Assembly (NCBI GenBank): GCA_050253415.1
Contig: JBFWJC010000002.1
Span: 288,001 to 352,000 of the forward strand
DNA length: 64,000 nt
Direction: 5' to 3'
From: Pedobacter sp.
Lineage (GTDB): Bacteria; Desulfobacterota; Desulfuromonadia; Desulfuromonadales; Syntrophotaleaceae
Position numbers and translations under genes: made by a program. Positions 19,402-30,108 of the stretch are shown in pieces (the stretch's first letter is position 1; each line of letters begins with the position of its first letter). The notes below the pieces were generated by a model. It did no database searches, was not told the origin of the DNA, and worked only from the letters and a program-made list of their open reading frames with translations.

Positions 19402-19737
19402 AAATATATCTCCATTGCAGGTATATTAGTGGCTGTGTGGTGAATCCTGTCTTTTGATTCTGGCTCTTTTCGGTGCTGCCTGCGTTGCCCTGACTTGACT
19501 TAATGCTCGGTTAGGTTCGCGTTGGTACGCTTTGGCACCACTAAAAATTTCTCGGAATTATGTGACACGACTTCCCCCGCAGGTCACTGGAAAATCCAAA
19601 GGGCAGGACAGTCAAAACACGATTTTGTCGGAAAACTGGATTGAGAATAGACAACCAGCCTCGCTCTGTCAACGGCTCCGAACAACTCCGGAACGTCTGG
19701 CCAAAACTCTGTCGATGCTTTTGCAGCAAGGAATAGC

Positions 19738-20346
19738 ATGAAAAATCTGGCACATTTCTTTTTTGAAGTAGGCATGCTTAAACGGACTCCTCGCACCGGG
19801 TTTCAGTTCCTCGGTTCCGGGGCAGAGTCGGTGGCGGAACACTCGTTTCGCACCGCTGTTATCGGTTTTACCCTGGCGCGTCTCGATGGTCAGGCCGACG
19901 TCGGTCGGGTGCTTCAATTGTGCCTGTTTCACGATATCCCGGAGGCGCGTCTGGGTGATCTCAACTATGTCAACAAAAAGTACGTGCAGGTTGATGAACA
20001 GCGCGCCGTCGATGATCTGGCCGCCACTCTGCCTTTCGGTGACGAGTATCGGCAGACCCTGGCCGAGTTTTCCGGTCGTGAGACCCGCGAGTCGCTTCTG
20101 GCTCATGATGCGGACCAGTTGGAGATGATCCTGGCGTTAAAAGAGTATAAGGATCTTGGCAACCGTTATGCCGACGAATGGTATCCGTTTGCCGTGCGAC
20201 GCCTTAAAACCGAGCTTGCATGCAAGTTGGCCGGGGATATATGGGCTACCGATTCGACACGCTGGTGGTTCGATGAGGACAGCGACTGGTGGGTGAATGG
20301 CTCGCATGGTACAAATCCGGTTGACGGATCTGAAGATAAGTGCTAG
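19738..20346 (+). CDS. HD-domain hydrolase (YfbR/HDDC2-like)
   Basis: LKRTPRTG, ESVAEHSF, LFHDIPE, DADQLE. Confidence 0.85.
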   Translation: MKNLAHFFFEVGMLKRTPRTGFQFLGSGAESVAEHSFRTAVIGFTLARLDGQADVGRVLQLCLFHDIPEARLGDLNYVNKKYVQVDEQRAVDDLAATLPFGDEYRQTLAEFSGRETRESLLAHDADQLEMILALKEYKDLGNRYADEWYPFAVRRLKTELACKLAGDIWATDSTRWWFDEDSDWWVNGSHGTNPVDGSEDKC

Positions 20347-20410
20347 ATAAATAGCCCTTGTCGAGTCACCCATCCGGAGTTTTCGGATATGCCCAAAACG
20401 GGAGAGTTCC

Positions 20411-21682
20411 ATGCTGGATCTTAAATTCGTGCGTGAAAATTTCGCGGAAGCCGAAAGGCGACTGGCGACCCGGGGCGGTGCCATTGACCTTTCCGCCTTT
20501 TCCGACCTGGATACACGCCGGCGTAACCTGCTGGGCGAAACCGAGTCCCTTAAGGCGGAAAAAAATCAGGTCTCGGCACTGATCGGCAAGACCAAGGACA
20601 AAAGTCAGGTGCAGGGCGAAATCGCCCGCATGAAAGAAGTTTCCGCGCGTATCAAGGATCTGGACGACGAGTTGAAACAGGTCGAGGGCGATCTGCGCAA
20701 CCTGTTGATGACTTTGCCCAACCTTCCGCATGAGGATTGCCCCGCGGGTACTTCCGAAGAAGACAATGTCGAGGTCAAGCGCTGGGGACAACTGCCCGAG
20801 TTCTCTTTTGAAGCTCAATCTCACTGGGATATCGGCGAGCGTCTCGATATTCTCGATTTTGAGCGGGCCGGCAAGCTGGCCGGGGCTCGTTTTGCCCTGT
20901 ATAAAGGCGCAGGAGCCAGGCTGGAACGGGCTTTGATAAATTTCATGCTCGACTTGCACACGGATGAGCACAAATATGTTGAAATCCTCCCGCCCCTTAT
21001 GGTAAACAGAGACACCATGACGGGGACGGGACAACTCCCCAAGTTTGAAAGCGATCTTTTTCATCTGGACGATCCGGATTTTTTCCTGATTCCAACCGCC
21101 GAAGTGCCGGTGACCAATATTCACCGTGATGAAATTCTGGCGGATAGCGACCTGCCGATATGCTATGCGGCCTATACACCTTGTTTTCGCAAGGAGGCCG
21201 GCTCGCACGGTCGCGATACCCGAGGGCTGATTCGCATGCACCAGTTCAATAAAGTAGAACTGGTTAAATTTGCACGCCCTGAAGAATCGGATCAGGAACT
21301 GCTTAAATTATTGGACAATGCCGAAGAGGTGTTGCGGCGTCTGAATCTGCCCTATCGGGTGGTCGACCTGTGCACCGGCGATATCGGATTCTCTGCAGCG
21401 CGCACCTTCGACATCGAAGTGTGGTTGCCGGGACAGCAGACGTATCGGGAAATATCTTCCTGTTCCAACTTTCGCGATTTTCAGGCGCGTCGTGCCGCGA
21501 TTCGTTTCCGACGCGAAGAAAAAGGCAAGCCGGAGTTGGTGCACACCCTGAACGGTTCCGGCCTGGCAGTCGGCCGTACCCTGGTGGCGATACTGGAAAA
21601 CTACCAGCAAGAGGACGGTTCGGTGGTGATCCCCGAAGCGTTGCGCCCTTACATGGGCGGCATGGAAAGAATTACCGGATAG
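20411..21682 (+). CDS. serS: Serine--tRNA ligase
   Basis: [48 protein letters not shown]. Confidence 0.97.
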   Translation: MLDLKFVRENFAEAERRLATRGGAIDLSAFSDLDTRRRNLLGETESLKAEKNQVSALIGKTKDKSQVQGEIARMKEVSARIKDLDDELKQVEGDLRNLLMTLPNLPHEDCPAGTSEEDNVEVKRWGQLPEFSFEAQSHWDIGERLDILDFERAGKLAGARFALYKGAGARLERALINFMLDLHTDEHKYVEILPPLMVNRDTMTGTGQLPKFESDLFHLDDPDFFLIPTAEVPVTNIHRDEILADSDLPICYAAYTPCFRKEAGSHGRDTRGLIRMHQFNKVELVKFARPEESDQELLKLLDNAEEVLRRLNLPYRVVDLCTGDIGFSAARTFDIEVWLPGQQTYREISSCSNFRDFQARRAAIRFRREEKGKPELVHTLNGSGLAVGRTLVAILENYQQEDGSVVIPEALRPYMGGMERITG

Positions 21683-21700
21683 GATCAGGACTGAATCCAC

Positions 21701-21786
21701 GGAGGAGTGGCCGAGTGGTTTAAGGCGGCGGTCTTGAAAACCGTTGTACGAAAGTACCGTGGGTTCGAATCCTACCTCCTCCGCCA
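21701..21786 (+). tRNA. tRNA-Ser (TGA)
   Basis: GGAGGAG acceptor, anticodon loop CT-TGA-AA, long variable arm, GTTCGAATC, 3' GCCA. Confidence 0.96.
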
Positions 21787-21856
21787 TATATACATATTGA
21801 ATTTGAAAGTCTGTCGTTTGCGACAGGTCAGCAAGAGCATAATAGAGTAACAAAAC

Positions 21857-21952
<96 letters not shown>

Positions 21953-22033
21953 TTATGCTAAAAAAATGTGCCGATACGGTAAAAAAAGTTGACAAACAAA
22001 ACCAAATCGGCGATAACTGCACCTCTTGAATAC

Positions 22034-22110
<77 letters not shown>

Positions 22111-22129
22111 TTTAAAAAATACCGACCCA

Positions 22130-22648
22130 ATGGATCTTGATGACATGCAAGACAGGGTCTATATGCAGGAGGCCCTGGTGGAGGCCTCAACCGCCGCAAG
22201 GCTGGGTGAGGTTCCTGTCGGGGCTGTTGTCGTTAAGGGCGGCCAGATTATCGGCCGGGGGCATAATTTGCGGGAAACCAGCAATGATCCCACGACCCAC
22301 GCCGAGATGATCGCCATCCGTCAGGCTGCGGCCGCTCTCGGTTCCTGGCGCTTGATCGACTGTACGCTGTACGTTACGTTGGAGCCTTGCGTCATGTGCA
22401 TGGGCGCCATCATCCTGGCTCGCATCCCGCAATTGGTATATGGGTGCCGCGACCCGCGTGTCGGGGCTGTCGGTTCCATTTACGATTTATCGCAGGATGA
22501 CCGTTTCAACCATAGGGTTGCGGTCACCGAAGGTGTCCTCAGGCAACAGTGCAGCGATATGTTGAGCGGCTTTTTCCGGCAGTTGCGGGCCGAAAAAAAA
22601 CAGCGCAAGCTGCAGGCCGCTGATGACAAGGAAAATTTGGAAGAATAG
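22130..22648 (+). CDS. tadA: tRNA adenosine(34) deaminase
   Basis: GEVPVGAVVV, NDPTTHAEM, YVTLEPCVMC, FFRQLR. Start trimmed so that it does not overlap the tRNA. Confidence 0.95.
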   Translation: MDLDDMQDRVYMQEALVEASTAARLGEVPVGAVVVKGGQIIGRGHNLRETSNDPTTHAEMIAIRQAAAALGSWRLIDCTLYVTLEPCVMCMGAIILARIPQLVYGCRDPRVGAVGSIYDLSQDDRFNHRVAVTEGVLRQQCSDMLSGFFRQLRAEKKQRKLQAADDKENLEE

Positions 22649-22660
22649 ACAAATAAAGAC

Positions 22661-22748
22661 GGAGGGGTGTCCGAGAGGTCGAAGGTGACAGACTCGAAAT
22701 CTGTTGTACCGCAAGGTACCGTGGGTTCGAATCCCACCCCCTCCGCCA
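22661..22748 (+). tRNA. tRNA-Ser (CGA)
   Basis: acaga-CT-CGA-AA-tctgt anticodon arm, long variable arm, CCA encoded. Confidence 0.96.
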
Positions 22749-22756
22749 GTAACAAT

Positions 22757-22795
22757 AAGGGCTTAGCCGGCAACGGCTGGGCCCTTTTGTTTTTT
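22757..22795 (+). terminator. Intrinsic terminator after the tRNA cluster
   Basis: aagggcttagccg-gcaa-cggctgggcccttt followed by a T tract. Confidence 0.75.
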
Positions 22796-23085
22796 CGCGA
22801 TCATGCTTATCTGTCTGATTAACGTGACCAGTGGAGACGAAGAATCCAATCGTTAATGTTCTATCTGGGAGTAAAGACATTCGTTGTATCTCTATGCCCC
22901 TGCCTACCGAGGGATGATTGTCGTTGAAAATTCTTTGCAAGTTGTGATAATGCTGGCGCTTTTTGCAGAAATGGGGTACTCTGCAAGATTGTTAAGATCA
23001 GGTGGCGGGTGTGCTGCTGTTTGATATTAATAATCACATTGCTCGCTGTTCCAAGCCTTTCGAGCTTTTTCCAAACAGGTTATCC

Positions 23086-24843
23086 ATGACTGAAGAAACG
23101 TTTACTAGCTTTGCTGAACTATCCCTTGCGCCGGAAATTACTCGTGTCGTAGACGAGATTGGTTATGAAACTCCTTCGCCGATTCAGGCGCGCAGTATTC
23201 CGCCGTTGCTAGAAGGGCGGGACCTTCTCGGGCAGGCGCAGACCGGTACGGGTAAAACCGCCGCTTTTGCTCTGCCTCTGCTGAGCCGGCTTGATTTGTC
23301 TCAGAGGCATACGCAGATTTTGGTGTTAGCCCCGACCAGGGAACTGGCATTACAGGTTGCTGAAGCGATGCAGACCTATGCCCGTTACTTTAAGGGGTTT
23401 CATGTGCTGCCGGTTTATGGCGGTCAGAATATGGGGCAACAGTTACGTCAGTTGGAGCGCGGTGCCCATGTCGTGGTCGGTACTCCGGGTCGAATCCAGG
23501 ATCATTTGCGACGGGGAACCTTGAAGCTGGACCGTTTGTCTGCCGTAGTGGTGGATGAGGCGGACGAAATGCTTAAGATGGGCTTTATCGATGATGTTGA
23601 GCAGATTCTCGATCACACACCGTCGACTCGCCAGACCGCACTGTTTTCCGCTACTATGCCTAACGAAGTGCTGAAGGTTGCCCGTAAGCATCTGCGTGAT
23701 CCTGTCGAGGTGCGCATTCAGGCCAAGACATCCACCGTCGAAACCATAAACCAACGGTTTTGGCAGGTTAAAGGGCTGGCGAAGCTCGATGCCCTGACCA
23801 GGATACTTGAGGCTGAAGATATCGATGCGATGCTCATTTTCGTAAGGACCAAGATAGCAACCGTGGAGCTGGCTGAAAAGCTTGAGGCCCGCGGTTTTTC
23901 CAGTGCGGCCTTGAATGGCGACATGACACAGGCGCTGCGCGAAAAAGCTGTCGAGCGGCTTAAGAACGGCAGTCTTGACATTGTGGTTGCTACCGATGTG
24001 GCGGCACGCGGGCTGGACGTTCAGCGCATCAGCCACGTTGTTAATTACGATATCCCTTATGATACCGAGTCGTACGTTCATCGCATCGGCCGCACCGGTC
24101 GAGCAGGGCGTGAAGGCACGGCGATTTTGTTCGTGGCCCCTCGCGAGAGGCGCATGTTGGCCGCCATCGAACAGGCTACTCGGCAGAAGATCGCTCCTAT
24201 GAAGCTACCGACCCGCCAGGATATTACTGAGCGGCGTGTGGGTCTTTTCAAGGAGCAGATCGCTGCAGCCATGCAGGATCGGGATCTGGATTTCTTCGAG
24301 CAACTCATCGATAGTTGCCAGCAGGAATTCGATAGCGAGCCCAGGAAGATTGCCGCAGCTCTGGCTTATCTGCTCCAGCAGGATCGCCCGCTAATGCCCG
24401 AGGACGACGGTTTGGACGATATCGAGCCGGAAAAGGAAGCGCGTTTTAACTCCGGAAGTCGTGGCTCTTCTGATGAAGGCCTTAGGCGTTATCGTATCGA
24501 AGTGGGTCGTGTTCATGGCGTTGTGCCAGGACATATCGTCGGTGCTATAGCCAACGAAGCCAATATCAACAGTCGTGATATCGGACAGATAAAAATCAGC
24601 CACGACTATAGCCTGGTCGATTTGCCTGAAAACTTGTCGCCGGCTACTTTTCGCCAATTGCAGAAGGTCTGGGTGTGTGGCCAGCAGTTGCAACTCAGTC
24701 TGGATGCCGGTGGTAAACACGATTTCCGGCATGATAAGCCTCCCAGGAGGCGTCCTGCGGGCAAGCCTGCTGAGAGGCGTAAGGGCAAACCTGCGAGGAG
24801 TAATCTTTCTGGGGGAAAGCGTCCGCCCAAGAAGACGCGATAG
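23086..24843 (+). CDS. deaD: DEAD-box RNA helicase (CsdA/DeaD type, with C-terminal DbpA-type RNA-binding domain)
   Basis: AQTGTGKT, PTRELA, DEADEM, SAT, HRIGRTGRAG; YRIEVG...GAIANE domain. Confidence 0.93.
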   Translation: MTEETFTSFAELSLAPEITRVVDEIGYETPSPIQARSIPPLLEGRDLLGQAQTGTGKTAAFALPLLSRLDLSQRHTQILVLAPTRELALQVAEAMQTYARYFKGFHVLPVYGGQNMGQQLRQLERGAHVVVGTPGRIQDHLRRGTLKLDRLSAVVVDEADEMLKMGFIDDVEQILDHTPSTRQTALFSATMPNEVLKVARKHLRDPVEVRIQAKTSTVETINQRFWQVKGLAKLDALTRILEAEDIDAMLIFVRTKIATVELAEKLEARGFSSAALNGDMTQALREKAVERLKNGSLDIVVATDVAARGLDVQRISHVVNYDIPYDTESYVHRIGRTGRAGREGTAILFVAPRERRMLAAIEQATRQKIAPMKLPTRQDITERRVGLFKEQIAAAMQDRDLDFFEQLIDSCQQEFDSEPRKIAAALAYLLQQDRPLMPEDDGLDDIEPEKEARFNSGSRGSSDEGLRRYRIEVGRVHGVVPGHIVGAIANEANINSRDIGQIKISHDYSLVDLPENLSPATFRQLQKVWVCGQQLQLSLDAGGKHDFRHDKPPRRRPAGKPAERRKGKPARSNLSGGKRPPKKTR

Positions 24844-24900
24844 TATCTGCTTATTTCTGCCAAAAGACATCACGTCCAAATTTTCGCAGCGCCTTTGTTT

Positions 24901-24935
24901 AAACAAGCCCGTCCAGTATTGGACGGGCTTGTTTT
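24901..24935 (+). terminator. Intrinsic terminator after deaD
   Basis: aaacaagcccgtcca-gtat-tggacgggcttgtttt. Confidence 0.85.
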
Positions 24936-25493
24936 GTTTATGCCATGCTTCATGGTGGATAGCGGGTTTTCCGGAAGCCGTGGCCATTTCGTAATTGCGA
25001 TTTGGAGACGGAAAGTATGTGAAATGCGTTCTTCAATAAGAGCCATTCCGGTGATCCTTTTTTGGTTTGGGGATTGCCCTATGGGGCTGTAACGTGAAAG
25101 CGCTCGCTTCGTAGTGGTTTGTATGTCTCAATAGGGTAAGGTCTACCGGCACTTGGCTGGTGGGTGGTTACAGATCTGGAGAATTGCCAAGTCAGGAATA
25201 TAAAACATTGGTTGCGTTCGTTTGATCGTATGTGTTTTGTTAGATTTCCCTGGTTTTAAATATCCCCAAAATGGAAATTTCTTGAATCAACCTTTCGTGT
25301 TTCATCTTGCGTTAGCAAAACGATTCCGGATGACAACGTTCTTTTTCGGAACACCTGTCAATGTATATCAAACTAAAATGAGTCTAATGTTTCATGGCCG
25401 TTATCAACATTAGCATTGAGTCTTTTTTGGTGCCCAACTATATTCCCTCATAAAATCAATCTATTGTGACATATATTTCAGCCTGGATCCTGG

Positions 25494-25587
25494 TGACAGG
25501 CTATTTGTCTCAAGATTGATCGTCCTTTATTCTGACGTTTTTCATGGCTGGACATTTGTCTCACATCGACTTATTCGTCTCAAAATT
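25494..25587 (+). promoter_or_regulatory. Candidate AcoR upstream activating sites (three GTCTCA boxes)
   Basis: TGTCTCA at 25506, CTGGACATTTGTCTCA at 25548-25563, GTCTCAAAATT at 25577; same motif upstream of thiC and acoA. Confidence 0.65.
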
Positions 25588-25724
25588 ATCTCTCCTGTAA
25601 CCTCCGTTTTTTTTCCCTCGTTTATTCCCTGTATACATAACTATTTGTGTAAGCATTTTTGTAACCACTGATAAAACAACAGTTTAAAAATAGTTTTTGT
25701 TGAAAAATCTTCGAGGCAGGAGAT

Positions 25725-25741
25725 TTGGTACAACCATTGAA
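25725..25741 (+). promoter_or_regulatory. Candidate sigma54 promoter (variant -12) for the butanediol operon
   Basis: TTGGTACAACCATTGAA (GG-N10-GA), about 140 nt downstream of the GTCTCA boxes. Confidence 0.5.
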
Positions 25742-26058
25742 GATTAGCCTGTACGTTCTGCAGTAAAGAGGTTTGACAGGCAGGGTTCAGTTTGGGAGGT
25801 CTCCAGGAGGCACTGTGACAGCAGTGAGGGCCTGGCCGGTGGAGCAGAGATTATTTTCCATTCGGTGTATTTCACGAAAGGAGGCTTTTTGGGGGGTATC
25901 TCGGGTTGATTGCATGGAGGAGTTTTGTGAGGTCGAGGTAGGCAAAAAGCAGTACTTGATTGGCATGTGTATTTTGATTCGTGCGAGGCTGAAGTTTGGC
26001 GGTTGTGCGTTATGGCGCCCGGTCGCTCCTGTTAACGTCTAGCAAAAGGAAGCTTTAC

Positions 26059-27045
26059 ATGGAACCTTATAGTTTAAATACGATTCTGATGGTTTTCGGT
26101 GGTGGTATTGTGGGGACTGCGCTGGGCGGTCTGTGGGCCGTGGTGTTCTGTGCTCTTTTTGGTTTGATAGGCATCGGTGTAATTCTGAGTGGAGGCACTG
26201 ATTTCGTTCTGTCGCAGATTGCCTTTGGACCGATTTTTGGCCCGCATGTCGGGGGCTTCGGTGCCGGTCTGGCTGCCGCTACCTACGCCGTCTGGAGAAA
26301 AAATCATCCCAGCGGGGCTGCCAAAGATATTCTTACTCCTCTTCTTCATACTTCTTGGGATGTTCTGTTGTTCGGCGGGGTTTACTCGGTTGCAAGCCAT
26401 CTGGCGTTGCAACTGGTTGGCAAGGTGCCCCTGCTGAATCAGACGGACGGTATCGCCTTTGTACTTATCGGCGGGACACTGCTTACCAAACTTATCTTCC
26501 TGCGTGAACTCCCCTGGGGACAAAAAGATTCGATCCAGAAACACGGCTTGATGGGTACTGATAACCATGCCATCTCCTGGGCTGGCTGGCAGTCGCCCTG
26601 GGGCCTGCTTCTGCCCATGAATTTTGGTGCCGGAATTTTTTCCGCAGCCCTGGCCTGGGGCATTAAGATGCAACTCGATCCCATGGTTGCGGCCGGGCAG
26701 ATTTCGGCTCTCGGCGGATTTATAGCGCCACTTCTGGTGGGGTGGTGTACCGCCATCTTAATCCTGATGGCGCTTCAGCTTGGTACCGGTAAAATACAGC
26801 AGGTTCCCATCATGCATTGCCCTTCCATTATCGGAGCCTGGGTGTTCATGTATACTGGATCGATTCTGGCTGCCGGCATCGCAGGTCTGATCGCCGGCGT
26901 GGTTCAGGAGATATCTGCACGCGTTATCTATAATCACGGCACCGCACATATCGATCCGCCGGCCACTGCAATCATGATTTGCACCTTTTTGGTCAATATC
27001 ATCATGAAACCGGAATTTCTCAATTTAGCAGCCCTGTTCAATTAA
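26059..27045 (+). CDS. Uncharacterised polytopic membrane protein; candidate 2,3-butanediol/acetoin permease
   Basis: Gly-rich with about 10 hydrophobic segments; FGPIFGPHVG and HIDPPA motifs; first gene before BDH. Confidence 0.7.
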   Translation: MEPYSLNTILMVFGGGIVGTALGGLWAVVFCALFGLIGIGVILSGGTDFVLSQIAFGPIFGPHVGGFGAGLAAATYAVWRKNHPSGAAKDILTPLLHTSWDVLLFGGVYSVASHLALQLVGKVPLLNQTDGIAFVLIGGTLLTKLIFLRELPWGQKDSIQKHGLMGTDNHAISWAGWQSPWGLLLPMNFGAGIFSAALAWGIKMQLDPMVAAGQISALGGFIAPLLVGWCTAILILMALQLGTGKIQQVPIMHCPSIIGAWVFMYTGSILAAGIAGLIAGVVQEISARVIYNHGTAHIDPPATAIMICTFLVNIIMKPEFLNLAALFN

Positions 27046-27103
27046 AGGGATTTCTACTAAACGTAGCGCTGACGCGCTAATTAACGTCGAAAGGAACAAA
27101 AAA

Positions 27104-28177
27104 ATGGCTCAAACGATGAAAGCAGCAGTATGGCATGGCAAAAAAGACATTCGCGTTGAAGACGTAGCCGTTCCTGCACCGCCCAAGGCAAATGAAGTAC
27201 AGATTGAAGTAGACTACTGTGGCATTTGCGGGTCCGACCTGCACGAATACCTCGCAGGCCCGATCTTTATCCCCACTGAGCCCCATCCTCTGACCGGTCA
27301 CAGCGGCAAGACCATTCTTGGCCACGAGTTCTCCGGTAAGGTCGTTGCTGTTGGCTCCGATGTTACCAACGTGCGGGTCGGTGATCTGGTCGCTCCCGAT
27401 GCTTGTCAGCACTGCGGCGTTTGCGTTACCTGTCGCGAAGGTCGCTACAATGTATGCGAAAAACTGGCTTTTACTGGTCTGATGGCCGATGGCGCTTTTG
27501 CCAAGTACGTTAATGTCCCTTCCAATATCGTTTATGTCCTGCCTGAGGGTGTCACTCAGGAAGATGCAGCCCTGATCGAGCCTATCGCCACCGGGTTTAA
27601 AGCCGTGCGCATGGCTGGGACCATCCTCGGTGAAACCGCCGTGGTATTCGGTGCTGGCACAATCGGTCTCGGTGTCCTGATGTGTGCCAAGGCCGCCGGC
27701 GCTGGCAAGGTTATCGTGGTTGAGATGTCCGCCCGCCGCAAGGAACTGGCCAAAGAGTGTGGTGCCGACGTTATCCTCGACCCCAAAGAATGCGACGTTA
27801 TTGCCGAAATCAAGAAGATGACCGGTGGATCCGGTGCTGACGTTTCCTTTGAATGTATCGGCAATAAGTTCACGGGGCCCCTGGCTATCGACGCCATCCG
27901 TAACAATGGCCGTGCCGTGATCGTCGGTATTTTTGAAGAGCCCAGCTCCTTTAACTTCTTCAGCCTCAGCGCTACCGACAAAAAAGTTATCGGTACTCTG
28001 GCTTACACTTTGGATGATTTCAAAGGCGTAAGTGCTCTGCTGGCCAACGGTGCCATCAAAGCTGCTCCGATGATCACCGGCAAGATCGAGCTGGCTGACA
28101 TCGTGGATAAAGGTTTTGATGAGCTGGTCAACAATAAGGATGCTCATATCAAGATCTTGGTTAAGCCTGCGAAATAA
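27104..28177 (+). CDS. bdhA: Zn-dependent (MDR family) 2,3-butanediol dehydrogenase
   Basis: CGICGSDLHEY, GHEFSG, structural-Zn CQHCGVCVTC...C, GAGTIG; acetoin-catabolism context. Confidence 0.88.
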   Translation: MAQTMKAAVWHGKKDIRVEDVAVPAPPKANEVQIEVDYCGICGSDLHEYLAGPIFIPTEPHPLTGHSGKTILGHEFSGKVVAVGSDVTNVRVGDLVAPDACQHCGVCVTCREGRYNVCEKLAFTGLMADGAFAKYVNVPSNIVYVLPEGVTQEDAALIEPIATGFKAVRMAGTILGETAVVFGAGTIGLGVLMCAKAAGAGKVIVVEMSARRKELAKECGADVILDPKECDVIAEIKKMTGGSGADVSFECIGNKFTGPLAIDAIRNNGRAVIVGIFEEPSSFNFFSLSATDKKVIGTLAYTLDDFKGVSALLANGAIKAAPMITGKIELADIVDKGFDELVNNKDAHIKILVKPAK

Positions 28178-28241
28178 GAAGGACGAAGTCCTCGCCCGGA
28201 TGATATCCGGGCGAGGTTAGCCTCGTAGCGAGCGCCGGGGT

Positions 28242-28628
28242 ATGGGGATTAATGGTATGGCTTTTAAAAAAATGAGAGATCGGGGAATGAATGTCAGGAT
28301 AGATGATGACCTGCTTGGGCGTCTTGTGTCGTACGAGGTTCACGTCAAGAAGCGTTTTGCCCGGGTGGCACAGAGTCGCTGGCTGGATTTTAACGTTGAT
28401 GCGGAGCAGGACTATGAAAAGCTCAAAGAATTGAAAAGCCGCATTACCTCCCTGGTTGATCTGGCTTTCTGCAGGTATGGCGTGGAAAAAGGACTTATGA
28501 AGGCCGGTCGGGATAGCACCGTCTCGGACCTGGATGATGATCTGGAAAGCCTTGCAGGACAGTTGAAAAGAACATCGATGAAAGACCTCAGCCCCTCAAA
28601 GGATAAGAATGTCTCCCATGTGATCTGA
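28242..28628 (+). CDS. Hypothetical protein (start uncertain)
   Basis: ORF fills the gap within the operon on the same strand; no recognisable motif. Confidence 0.55.
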   Translation: MGINGMAFKKMRDRGMNVRIDDDLLGRLVSYEVHVKKRFARVAQSRWLDFNVDAEQDYEKLKELKSRITSLVDLAFCRYGVEKGLMKAGRDSTVSDLDDDLESLAGQLKRTSMKDLSPSKDKNVSHVI

Positions 28629-28687
28629 ACATCCTGTGTGAGTTGTTTACGCGCTCTCGATCGAACCAAGGAAAGGAAGGCCGAAAC

Positions 28688-28990
28688 ATGGCATTGAAGG
28701 CTGCTTTTGTGTTTGTTGCACCTGGCGCTGATCCCGAAAAGGATCGAAGCGTAGTGGCAACACCCGAGGTTGAATTGATTACGGTTGGGGTGCCAGATTA
28801 CGCCAGCGCGGAAAAAATTGCGGTAGCGCTGGTTGCCGAAGGAATCGTTGCTATTGAACTGTGTGGCGGGTTCGGTCACGTCGGCACTGCGCGCGTTGTT
28901 CAGGCCGTGCAGGGCAAAGCCGCTGTCGGGGTGGTTCGATTTGACGTCCATCCCGGGTTGGATGGCAAAAGTGGCGATGAGATCTTTTGA
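28688..28990 (+). CDS. Small conserved protein (DUF6506-like)
   Basis: AAFVFVAP...IELCGGFG...VGVVRFD; GGAAGG RBS. Confidence 0.7.
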   Translation: MALKAAFVFVAPGADPEKDRSVVATPEVELITVGVPDYASAEKIAVALVAEGIVAIELCGGFGHVGTARVVQAVQGKAAVGVVRFDVHPGLDGKSGDEIF

Positions 28991-29075
28991 CCTCTCCATG
29001 AGGCGATCTCGGCAGCCTGGTTGATTCGGTTTTATAGTCGAAAGACGACATGTTTCTAAATGGAAGGAGCTTTTG

Positions 29076-29567
29076 ATGAAACCACTGTTCCAGAAAGTGC
29101 TCCAGATAGCTATGGTCGTAAAGAACTGTGATGCTGCTGTAAAAACCTGGGCCGATGACTACGGTATCGGACCCTGGAATATTTATGAATTTAATCCGGA
29201 TACTGTGAACGACATGATTATCCGGGGCGAAAAGGTCGACTATGCCATGCGTCTTGCCCTGTGTGATGTCGGTGGGGTGCAATGGGAACTGATCGAGCCT
29301 AAAGACGACAAAAGCATATATGCCGAATTCCTCAAGTCCAAAGGGGAAGGTTTACATCATGTCGCTTTTGGTACCGATAATTACAAGGAAACCGTCAAGT
29401 ACTACAAAGACAAAGGCCTGCCTATCTTACAAGGCGGCGAGTGGGAAGGTTTGACTTATACCTATCTTGATTCGCAAAAAGACCTCAACCTTATTGCAGA
29501 AATTTACGACCTTACACCTGATTTCGCTTGGCCTGAACCGCAGGCTGTTTATCCCCCTGCAAAATAG
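29076..29567 (+). CDS. VOC/glyoxalase family protein, methylmalonyl-CoA-epimerase-like
   Basis: LQIAMVV, WELIEP, GEGLHHVAF, IAEIY give a Q/E/H/E metal-ligand set; AAGGAG RBS. Confidence 0.85.
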   Translation: MKPLFQKVLQIAMVVKNCDAAVKTWADDYGIGPWNIYEFNPDTVNDMIIRGEKVDYAMRLALCDVGGVQWELIEPKDDKSIYAEFLKSKGEGLHHVAFGTDNYKETVKYYKDKGLPILQGGEWEGLTYTYLDSQKDLNLIAEIYDLTPDFAWPEPQAVYPPAK

Positions 29568-29699
<132 letters not shown>

Positions 29700-29729
29700 T
29701 GAAATCACCAGATAAAGATGGAGGGAAAA

Positions 29730-30029
29730 ATGGATAAAAATCAGCTGGTAGTCCTTGCCCGATTCAAGGCACGTGAAGGTAAGGAAGATCAGGCCCACAA
29801 CGAGTTAACGGCCCTGGTCGCGCCAACACGTACCGAACCCGGCTGCAAATATTACGCGTGCCATGCGGTGCAGGAGTCGCCCGGCGAATTTGTTTTCTAT
29901 GAAATTTGGGAAACCCGCCAGGCGTTGGATGAGCATATTCAAAAACCTTATTTGCAGGCCATTCTGGGCAAAGCCGAAGAACTTTTTGCCGAGGCCCCGG
30001 ATATACGGTTCCTGGAAAAGTTAGTGTAG
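29730..30029 (+). CDS. ABM / putative quinol monooxygenase family (dimeric alpha-beta barrel)
   Basis: LVAPTRTEPGCKYY, FVFYEIWET, LDEHIQKPY; GGAGGG RBS. Confidence 0.85.
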   Translation: MDKNQLVVLARFKAREGKEDQAHNELTALVAPTRTEPGCKYYACHAVQESPGEFVFYEIWETRQALDEHIQKPYLQAILGKAEELFAEAPDIRFLEKLV

Positions 30030-30108
30030 TGCCCATTTGAAAAGCTGAATCGCATTATTTTGCCTGTTCGTGTCAATGGTATTGAACCCAAAATAAGTGA
30101 GGCTACGT

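Noticed and set aside
22661..25500. tRNA-Ser as integration site for the butanediol island
   Set aside because: No integrase and no duplicated tRNA 3' end seen; the housekeeping gene deaD intervenes.
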